This document shows positions 10,636 to 19,586 of a stretch of 20,000 bases of DNA, piece by piece. The DNA lies in assembly GCA_051453625.1 (NCBI GenBank), contig JBOZIK010000001.1, positions 29,236,994 to 29,256,993 on the forward strand. Direction: 5' to 3'. Made by a program: the position numbers and the translations under genes. The DNA is from Welwitschia mirabilis (taxonomy: Eukaryota). Under the pieces are notes generated by a model that saw only the letters and a program-made list of their open reading frames with translations, did not search any database and was not told the origin of the DNA. The first letter of the stretch is position 1, and every line of letters begins with the position of its first letter.

Positions 10636-10706
10636 GCAGAGTATGGATTTGAATCCTTAACCTTGTTATTAATTCTACCTCTCTCTAACCATTATACCAA
10701 CTAATG
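10636..10706 (-). other. tRNA-like RNA polymerase III A-box/B-box remnant inside LTR-B
   Basis: Minus strand TGGTATAATGG (10699-10689), 32 nt spacer, then GGATTCAAATCC (10656-10645). Confidence 0.55.
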
Positions 10707-10777
10707 CAAACATTAAAGAAAAGAAATGATTAAAAATATATAACACTGCCATCAGAAATTAACTTTTTTTTAAATAA

Positions 10778-10980
10778 ATGTGTTCAATTGTTTTGCTTAA
10801 CCTCTCATGAAAATGTGTTCTCTGCCTCTTTTGCTTACCTCCTCTATTTTTTGTTGTAGCCTTTGTTTGCCTCTACTATTTTTAAAGGATGTGTTTAATT
10901 GTTTTACTTATCCACTTACAAAAATGTATTCTCTGTCCCCCTTGTTTACCTTTGATATTTTTCATTGAAACATCCTCTAA
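10778..10980 (+). repeat. ~110-bp diverged direct duplication in LTR-B (single copy in LTR-C at ~15129-15220)
   Basis: ATGTGTTCAATTGTTTTGCTTA..AAAATGTGTTCTCTG versus ATGTGTTTAATTGTTTTACTTA..AAAATGTATTCTCTG. Confidence 0.75.
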
Positions 10981-12342
10981 CACTTCTCTATTTTTTATTT
11001 TTATTATGCACGCTTAATTTTTCTTACTAGTTCTTAGCATTTCCCTCCATTGGTGGTGTAGCCATGTGAATGAGGTAGAGGATCATCTTTCAATCTGAAA
11101 ATTTCTTGATGGATCTAGAAATTCTCACTATTATTATTAGTAATAAGATTACTACTGCTTATATCTATATATTGGCTATTAGAGTCTTTTTTTGTTAATC
11201 AAGATCAAACAAAAACCCTACTAATTTCTTACTTTAATTGATCATTTGTTGAGTTCTATGGAATATTTTTAATTTCTGTAACAAGACCTAAACCCTTAAA
11301 TATATCTTAACCTCTAATAATGGAAAATTCAAACTCAAATTTATCTACCAATTCTACTAAAATGAAGCTAAAGTTAGAAATGATGGCATTATTTAGATTT
11401 CTAAAAACTTAAGTAATGCATTTCATTAATATTAGAAATTCTAAACTAATGTTGTTGAATATTTCTTCTATTGCTTTTCTGTGCCTAATGTTTGGTGGAA
11501 GCAAACCTTGTAACTTTTTCTTTTACTCACTCATCAAATTCATAAAGTATTACTCATAGAATTAAAAAAATAAGAATAAAACGTCCTATGAAATATTAAA
11601 CACCCAGCCTAATTATTCATCTTATATCAAGTGAAAGAAAAGTGGAAATGTGACATTTGATAATTCTTTCATGATTTTCTTCTAGATTTTGGACTCTTTA
11701 TGTATTTTCTTATAACCACATCACTGGAATTTCTCTTCCATGCCCTTGGGTAGATTATACTCCTTTTTCTATCTCTATCAATCATCATTTCTCTTTTTAT
11801 ATGCAACTGCATTTAAATTATTCTTTCTTCTTCTCACGTGCATCTTTTTTTCAAATCAATGCCTTAACATCTTCCTCCTTGATTTAAAAATGTTATTTGA
11901 AATGTAAATTAAAATGCATAAGTACATAGTAGAAAATGCTTCATTTGGATTAGATTAGCATTAGCATTCAAAACTAGAAAAATGCATGTTCTAATTTAAA
12001 TAAGAGACATATAAGAAATTTAATATCTAAAACATAACATTGTGATTGGTTGTCAAGGTATCAAGTCATAATTTCAAATCTCTATAAAAGTTATTTTATA
12101 AAGAATATCTATCTTATTTAAATTATCAAATCTTATTTATAAATTCATCTAACATATTTTCTAACATGACACATACTTCTTCATGATTGTAATAATTGAT
12201 TAACTTTCATGTCTATAATAATGGTAGAGATCATTTGTAGAGTATTCTAAAATCACATAGGTTGTTGATTCAAGTCTTTACAATGCTATTTTTAATATAT
12301 AATAGGTACTAATTTAGTTTTAATTTAGTAGGAAAAAACCTT

Positions 12343-12538
12343 TGATTTCATAACAATGAGTTCAAAGTTTTCAGCTGATAATTTTATGGTATAAAAGCAA
12401 CATTATACTTTTTGGATATTAAAAAGTGGATGTTACATTTTGATATCAGAGCGATGAGTTTGAAATTTTTACCTAATAATTTTAGGGTATCATAGCAAGA
12501 TTAGATGTTTTTGATATTAAAACATGGGCATTACATTT
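12343..12538 (+). repeat. Two 98-bp U5 subrepeats with PBS-like motifs (LTR-B copy)
   Basis: PBS-like motifs at 12343, 12387, 12441 (TGATATCAGAGC) and 12485, then the junction PBS at 12539; exact 98-bp period. Confidence 0.8.
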
Positions 12539-12550
12539 TGGTATTAGAGA
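12539..12550 (+). promoter_or_regulatory. Primer-binding site (tRNA-iMet type) of gypsy-like unit 2
   Basis: TGGTATTAGAGA, 3 nt after TTACA. Confidence 0.8.
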
Positions 12551-12746
12551 CTAGGTTGGAAAACTCATTGGGCATAACTATTATTTAGTTTATAAATTTA
12601 CTAGGCATAACTACTATTGAGCTTGCAAATTCACTAGGTATAACTATTTTACCATTTTACTAGGCATAACTACTATTAATGTTATAAGTTTTAACATGAA
12701 AATTTAGGTTTATGACATGTGTAGTTTGATTTTCATAAAGCTTGAC

Positions 12747-13046
12747 ATGGCTCTAAGAAGAGCAATAAAAATAACCAATTAAAGTTACAACACTAGTTAA
12801 CAACTTAGTGGATAACCTTAATGAGCAAGTATTGGTAGGGAAGATGATGCCTCTATTAAGAAAATAATAATGCAAATTAAGAGAACAAATTCTTCAACCT
12901 TCAAAGGTATGAACAACGTGATAGATGTAGAAGCATGCTTGATTTTTATGCAAAATACATTAGAATTATTCAATTTTACTACTCATCAACTTGTTAAAGG
13001 AGAAACTTTCTCATGGGAATAAGTAGAAGTAGAGTTATTTGTATAG
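12747..13046 (+). pseudogene. gag: Gypsy gag-derived remnant with no insertion (I-2), 100 codons with internal stops
   Basis: MALRRAIK...QIKRTNSSTFKGMNNVIDVEACLIFMQNTLELFNFTTHQLVKGETFSWE*VEVELFV*; same frame and length as the I-1 copy. Confidence 0.72.
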
Positions 13047-13090
13047 GTAAAATATTTTTCTAATTTTTAATTTCTAGGAGAAAACCTTTT

Positions 13091-13104
13091 AAGGGATGCA
13101 TAAA
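13091..13104 (+). promoter_or_regulatory. PPT of gypsy-like unit 2
   Basis: AAGGGATGCATAAA followed by TATCACATCCGAAATTTTT; homologous to 8771-8784. Confidence 0.65.
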
Positions 13105-13483
13105 TATCACATCCGAAATTTTTAATGATCTAGACTTAAGTTTAAAATGTCCTAATAAATAAATTAAAAGAGAATATGAAATTTTATAAGGCTAATATTT
13201 TATGTTAATTCTTAAATTTTTTTATAGCTAGCAGACCCATAATTGTTATTTTTTATTTGTCTTTATTCATTTAATTACTTATTTTAGAAAATACCAATGA
13301 GTTATGCATTTAAAATTATTATAAATAGTGACGCTTAACATATAGAGTTATTATTTTTAGTAAATATTATATGATGTTTATGGAATATTTTATTATTAAT
13401 GCTAATGTATTATTTATTATTTATTATTATGGTAAGCATATCTTATTTATTATCTACCTAGTGGCCTGATAAGATAATGAAAT

Positions 13484-13600
13484 CCTCACCACTTCCACCA
13501 CTTCCACTAGTTTCATCACTTCTGTCACATCACCTTTACCACTTTCACCACACCACTTTTACCACTTCCACCACCTTCATCACTTTCATCACCTTTACTA
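13484..13600 (+). repeat. Low-complexity 9-bp (CACCACTTC/T) minisatellite, longer than the LTR-B copy at ~9191-9230
   Basis: CACCACTTC-CACCACTTC-CACTAGTTT-...-CACCACTTT-TACCACTTC-CACCACCTT; about 12 units here versus about 4 in LTR-B. Confidence 0.8.
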
Positions 13601-14986
13601 CTCTATTTTATTATGGCATCTCTTCACATCTTGCAACCTCTACTATAAGTATGACCACCTCCTCTTATTATTTCATATCTTTAAGAAAGTGTTTTCTATT
13701 AAATCTTAATACTTTAACTTGAAGCTCAGAAAAGCCTTGGAGTTTTGGATCTGTTGAAGTTTTTAAATCTTCATCTTGATTTTGATATGGTTTATGATTT
13801 CTCAATTATTTTCTAATATGGATTATGGACTTTCATTTATTTCTTGTATGTTCTAATTAATTCTTGCATCTTTTACACGTTTCACGGATTTTTGTTACTT
13901 TTTTTTTGTAAGCCTCTTTTTACATATGCATTATCTTGTTCATGAATTTAATTCTAATTCTTAGAACTTGCTAAGTAATTAAAGTATTTTACTTTAGAAT
14001 TAGACCACCTGAAGTGCTCCCATTAGCCATGGAAGTAAGCTATGAAAGTGATCAAGGTGGTGTTTGTAACCTATCTAGTTATGCATGACATGATGTATTA
14101 TGGTTTTAGAGGGTTTATCCCATATAAAGGTTTACTATTGGCCATAGGTATGAACCTTTAGACAAATGGATATTTTTTACTCCCTTCTAATAAAATACAC
14201 TATTCTTTATACATTCTTAAATTATTAGAACTTGAATATGTGTATCTAGATTATTGTATCTTGTATAAGGACTTAATCATATTTGAGTTTCTTAAGGATT
14301 CTATCTTGAGCTTTGAAAACCACCTTACCTAAACCTTGTTATAGACAATACTAGGAGCTATGAAATTTTTACAGTTTTCATTCCATATTTCTTATATAAA
14401 ATAGATGGTAAAACTAGAGCTTGATTGTTGAGGAGGACAAGAGAAGAAGACATTATTTTTTCTAGTTTACATTCATAAATTATGTAAAGTAAAACTTATA
14501 TATTTGTTAAGAATCTTGAATTCCTCTGTATTTTAGTTATCTTGAAAATACATTGAATGTTAGATCATAAATATCTTTTCTTGAAATATGATTTTAATAA
14601 AATATGAAGGTTTACAATTTATTTTTATACATCTATTACAAAATTTCTTGCAATTTTTTGGTGATAAAATTTTCTTTTAATGTTGATTTAATGTTTTCTA
14701 GTTTCTTATTAGAATAATAATCAGAGTATAACTTATAGAATTATATATATTAAGAAGGTAATACATCTTACTAATAAGTCTTTTTGCTATATAAATTTAG
14801 TATGTTACTAGTTAAATACATAAATGGGAATGTTCTTTATAAGGTTTAATAAGTGTTATAATAAAATGATATATGATACTCTTATATTTATAATAGAAAA
14901 TATTAAAGGAAACCCACACGTGGTATGCTAATGGAACATTCTTAATGCATAAAATCATAATCTATTATAACAAAGATGTGACATGT

Positions 14987-15057
14987 GTAAAATATGGATT
15001 CAAACTCCTGGCCTTATTATTAACTCTCCCTCTATCTAGTCATTATATCAACTAAGC
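14987..15057 (-). other. tRNA-like A-box/B-box remnant inside LTR-C
   Basis: Minus strand TGATATAATGA (15050-15040), 32 nt spacer, then GAGTTTGAATCC (15007-14996). Confidence 0.5.
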
Positions 15058-16344
15058 ATACATTAAATAAAAGAAACGATTACAAATATAAAATACTACC
15101 ATTAGAAATGACCTTTTTTTTAAATGAAATATGTTCAATTTTTTTGCTCAGTATCTCATGAAAAGGTGTTTTCTACCCCTCTTATTTGTCTCCCCTATTT
15201 TTCATCGTGGCCTCCTCTAATGCTTCTTTATTTTTTGTTTTTATTATGAAAGCTTAATTTTTCTTATTATTTCTTAGCATTTCCCTTCATTAATAGTGTA
15301 GTCTTGTGAATAAGGCAAAGGAGCATATTTCAATCTAATCCTTTCCTGAGTGTTAAAAAAATTCTCGCCATTATCATCAGCAATAAAATTGCCACTACTT
15401 CTTCCCATATATTGACTATTGGAGTCTTTTGTTATCAATCAAGATTAGGTAAGAACCCTATTAATTTCTTAGTCTAATTGGTCATCTACTAAGTTCTATG
15501 ATATTCTTCAATTGTTGTAATTAGATCCAAACCCTCATAGCTAGCTTAATTTCTAATAATATGAAATCTAAACTCTAAATTTTTTCCACTAATTCTACTA
15601 AAGTGGATCTAAAGTCAGAAATAAGGGTATTGTTTAAATTTTTGAAGATTTAACTATTCAATTAATTAACATTACAATTTCTAAATATTTCTTTGATTTC
15701 TTTTATGTTCCTAATATTTGATGAGGTTAAACCTTATAAATTTTTTCTTTACTCATCTATTAAATTCATAGAGTGTTACTCATAGAATCAGCAAAAGAAG
15801 AAGAAGACACCCTATAAAATATTAAACACATAGCCTAATTCTTCATATTACATCAAGTAGAAGAAAATAGAAAATGTATTATTTGATAATTCTCTTATGA
15901 CTTTCTCCTAACTCATGGCCTATGTAAGCATTTTCTTATGACCACATCACTAATATTTTCTTCCACTCCCTTGTGAAAAGTATACTTCTTTTTTTGTCTC
16001 TACTGATCATTAATCTTCTTTTCAGACACAATTTCATTTAAATGATTATTTCTTCTTCTCACATGTGCCTTTTTCCCAATCAACAACTTAACATATTCCT
16101 CCTTCACTTAAAAATGTTACTTATAATGTAAAGTAAAACACTTTAGTATGTAGCAAAAAGTTCATCATTTAGATTAGATTTGCATTATCATTTAAAACAA
16201 GGAAAATGCATGCTCCACATTAAGTAAGACACATATAAGAAATTTAATGTTTAAAACATGATAGTATGCTTGGTTATTAAGTGAAGCTTGAAGGCATTAT
16301 GTCCTACGTTAAAATCTCTCTATAAGTTATTTTATGAAGAATCC

Positions 16345-16397
16345 CTCTTTTATTTAAATTGGAAAATTTTTCTCTTTTATTTAAATTGGAAAATTTT
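16345..16397 (+). repeat. Perfect 27-bp-period tandem duplication private to LTR-C
   Basis: CTCTTTTATTTAAATTGGAAAATTTT occurs twice (16345, 16372); single copy in LTR-A (~631) and LTR-B (~12110). Confidence 0.9.
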
Positions 16398-16599
16398 CTT
16401 TCAAGTATAAATTTGTCTAGCATATCTTTTGACATGATGTATACTTCTTCATGGAGGTAATAAGTGATTAACTTGCATGTATATCATAATGGTAGAAATG
16501 GTTTGTAGAGTATTTTAAAATCACATAGGTTATTAATTCAAAATGACATTTTTAATATATAATAGGTACTAATTTATTTTTAATTTAGTAGAAAAAATT

Positions 16600-16793
16600 T
16601 GATATCAGGGTAATAAGTTTGATGTTTTTAACTGATAATTTTGGGATTTTAGAGCAATATTACACTTTTTGAATATTAAAAAGTAAATGTTACATTTTGG
16701 TATTAGACCAATGAGTTTGAAGTTTTTAACTAACAAATTTGAAGTATCAAAGTAACATTACACTTTTTTAAATATTAAAAAGTGGATGTTACC
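16600..16793 (+). repeat. Two 98-bp U5 subrepeats with PBS-like motifs (LTR-C copy)
   Basis: TGATATCAGGGT 16600, TGTTACA-TTT-TGGTATTAGACC 16688-16709, AAGTATCAAAGT 16742. Confidence 0.8.
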
Positions 16794-19586
16794 AAATCAT
16801 AGAAATTTAAAATATCTGTTAGGCCTATAAAGACTCTAAAAATTTAGTAATAAAAAAAGACTTTATGAAGTTTGTAATGGTAAATAATAGAGATAGAACT
16901 AACTTGTGTAAGAAATTTCATCACAATCTGCTTATTTAGAGCTAATCATATAAGGATATTCATAATCCACTTTACTATAGAAGTTTCAGTACTAATAAGA
17001 GTCCATGATCAATACTTGAGCTTATTAACATCTACTATGTAATTGGTACAAAATTCTAAATGTAACTACTTGGTAATGTTAAGGCTTAAATTTTGTTAGT
17101 AGATTTTGGTTTATATCATTTTGTATGTATTGATACATCATTAAATCTTATCCAACATGGATGTCTTTCTTGTTATGAATTAACAATAATAGTTTTACAA
17201 GTATAACATTTTGCAATCAGTGGGTATTATGCAAATTTTATGGCAAAATATTCATAACATAAAATAAACCATTCTATTTAAGGTTAGATGCATATCTTTG
17301 ATGTTTTTTAACTGGTATAATTTTAGAGGTTTAGTTTCTACAGTGTAAGTTTTATATTAAGATAAATATTAGTTAGCATAATGGAATTAACCTTGTAAAG
17401 TCATAAATACCTTTGAAAGGTCTAGGGGAATTAATGCTTGTATTTAGTGTAGATAACAAAAAAGTTATATTTTCTTTACATACTATAAATTTAAGCATTA
17501 CACTATAAAAATGCATCACTTATACATGTATTTGAAGATTTTCTTATTCTAGAAGTAGAATTTGGCTAGTAAATAACTTTATCCTTTTAAATTTCAATAC
17601 TATATATGATTTGATGTTAGTTGTGATAGTTTTATCAAGATGTTAAAGATAGATTGGAGTTTTACAAGTAGTCTACTATTAACATCTAAGTACAATGAAT
17701 CCATTGGATGGTTACATAGAAGTCAATCACATTTTTCATACAAGATCTATAGCATGAGTCTCATACTTAAGAGATATTGAATTCTTCATTGAAATTAATG
17801 TTTTATCTATTTTAATACTTTTTAAAAGAGTATCATTCACATCCAATTTTATTTAAAGATTAAAATAAAACTCATTTTACTTTTTTTCTTATTTGATGTT
17901 TATTCAATTTTCATTCTTATTATTTGTTATTAAGAAATGAACCTTTGATCTTGTTGTAATAATATTAAGTCTTTTGTTGTCATCATTTGATAGGAATATA
18001 AGAAAATTTTCCACCAATACATCTCTTATAAAAAATATCTAGTATAATAAAATTTTGTTATCAAAGCATCTTTTAATAAATGTGCCAAGGTTTTTCTTGT
18101 CCAAGGGCAAAGTGTATCAGAATTTATATTACCATAGAAAATATTATATTCTTTAGTCTTATCAATTGATGTGAAGGCTTCCTCTATGAATGAGGTAGCT
18201 AGATATGACATATGATGAGTGCATAATCAAAATTCCTAAATTATAGTTATAAGATAACTTAAAAATCTAATGTGATTATACATTTTTTTTCTAGTTTAAT
18301 AATATGAAACATTATTTTCTATATAGAAGACTTTGCTTTATGGAAGCTATAGATCCTAGAAAGATTAAAGGTGAAATTTTTACTTATCTAAGGGTTATTA
18401 ATGCTAAAGTGGAGAAAGATGAGGCTATACATAGGGATGAGGGAGTATAGTTGGTCTTCTATAATGCTTCTACAAATGTAAATGAAGTTGTTGTAGATTT
18501 ACAAGAGAAATTGAGAAGCATCAACCACATGGAAGAAAATTGGAAATGAGGAATAACAACTAGAATAACATGTAAAGTAAAGAAACTTGGAAATACATAG
18601 AGTAGCATTATAATATTCCAATATTTTACAATTAACATTCTGAAAGATGTCTTTATCTTAGTAAAAATTATGAAAAATACAAAAAAAAATTAAAGTGAGT
18701 AGTACACTTTTGGGTAGTTTTTATTATCAGGTAATAAGTTAAAAAGGATTTCACATTCATCAGCGTAATTTAACTATGTAGAAGAGGACATCGAGATAGC
18801 TTTAATAGACTAAGAGAAAAATGGATAAAAATATAACCATGAGTAATATAGATAAAATACATTTAAGTTAAAAAATATGAAACAATATTATTTAGTTCTA
18901 AAAGTTAAGTTAATGTTGTATTATCATATAAAAACCAATTATAAAAATTTGAACTATGATACTATGGTTATATCAATTTGTTTTTCTACCCACATTGACA
19001 AGTTTTTGTTTTAATTAAATGCTCAAGTATAATAAATTATTGTACAAAATCATGGTACCATATTATCTATAAATAAGACAATCACATTTCACTTGAATTA
19101 ATAAACCTTATATTAGAAAAACTTGTAAATTTACTTTCTTGATAAATTGTAGTATTTTCTAGATATAGAATAAATTAATGTAATATTAATATCATGAGGA
19201 TTCTTGGGATTTGGAGTAACAATCATGCTTTCATCAAGTGCTACACCCTCACATATGGTTATCACATCTTCTAAGTACAATACTATCTGCTTCTAGTAAG
19301 TGGTTTAAGATCCAAGTCCTACATATCAATTCATTATATGAAAAAGTTCATTTTTTTTCACCATGATAGACATAAACATTTAACACCTAAATTTAGAGAC
19401 TATAAAATTTTATTGAAAATAATTGATTTCTATCTATTAAATAAGTTACATACCCTTCAGGCAAATCTTATATTAAACATTAAAGTATGTAACCAATGCA
19501 TGAATAAAGTAATTGCATTAAGTAAGAAACTTAAAAATGATTATAAATAATGCATTACCAAGTCATTACATTAAGTAACAAGCTTA

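Larger units (their letters stand above)
8785..12535 (+). repeat. LTR-B (complete, 3751 bp), shared middle LTR
   Basis: Starts TGTCATAGTC after the PPT and ends GGGCATTACA before the PBS; colinear with 13105-16793. Consensus termini TGTCACATCC...GGATGTTACA form a 9/10 inverted repeat. Confidence 0.85.
1..16793 (+). mobile_element. Tandem three-LTR array (LTR-A / I-1 / LTR-B / I-2 / LTR-C) of a non-autonomous Ty3/gypsy (Tekay/Del-like) LTR retrotransposon; runs off the left edge; I-1 is interrupted by a copia element
   Basis: Homologous starts at positions 1, 11487 and 15713 (period ~4.2-4.3 kb once 1339-8498 is removed). Each unit reads ...TTACA-TTT-TGGTATTAGAG (LTR end + PBS), gag-like remnant, then purine tract followed by TGTCA/TATCACATCC (LTR start). 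Homology stops at GGATGTTAC 16792, where no PBS follows. Confidence 0.85.
13105..16793 (+). repeat. LTR-C (complete, ~3689 bp), terminal 3' LTR of the array
   Basis: Colinear with LTR-B; ends AAGTGGATGTTAC(C) and is followed by unrelated sequence rather than a PBS. Confidence 0.85.

Noticed and set aside
10636-10706. Functional tRNA gene
   Set aside because: The A/B boxes are present, but the acceptor and anticodon stems cannot be paired convincingly; reported only as a remnant.
11005-11870. Protein-looking minus-strand frame inside the gypsy LTR (MLRH..KKKLQGLLPPNIRHRKAIEEIFNN..)
   Set aside because: It has about 20 stops in ~280 codons, close to random expectation for this AT content. Several stops are shared between LTR copies and no motif is recognisable. 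A family consensus could revisit it.
12343-12680. CRISPR-like appearance of regularly spaced motifs (PBS-like copies, AGGCATAACTA copies; also the GTCGAC clusters in the SIRE LTRs)
   Set aside because: The context is a eukaryotic retroelement, the repeats are degenerate, the spacers are themselves repeated, and there are no cas genes.
13477-13722. 81-aa Pro/His/Thr-rich ORF
   Set aside because: It is the translation of the CACCACTTC minisatellite.
1-16793. Satellite, segmental duplication or assembly-duplication explanation for the 4.2-kb period
   Set aside because: The copies are substantially diverged with private indels, and the boundaries coincide with PPT/LTR and LTR/PBS junctions, with the last copy ending at the LTR terminus.
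17985-18025. YWWKIF as a hAT transposase dimerisation motif
   Set aside because: Only the WW dipeptide matches; the expected downstream P.L..A..L..P.SS..ER.FS pattern is absent.
19338-19550. 70-aa ORF
   Set aside because: K/I/L/N-rich composition typical of chance ORFs in AT-rich DNA; no motif.
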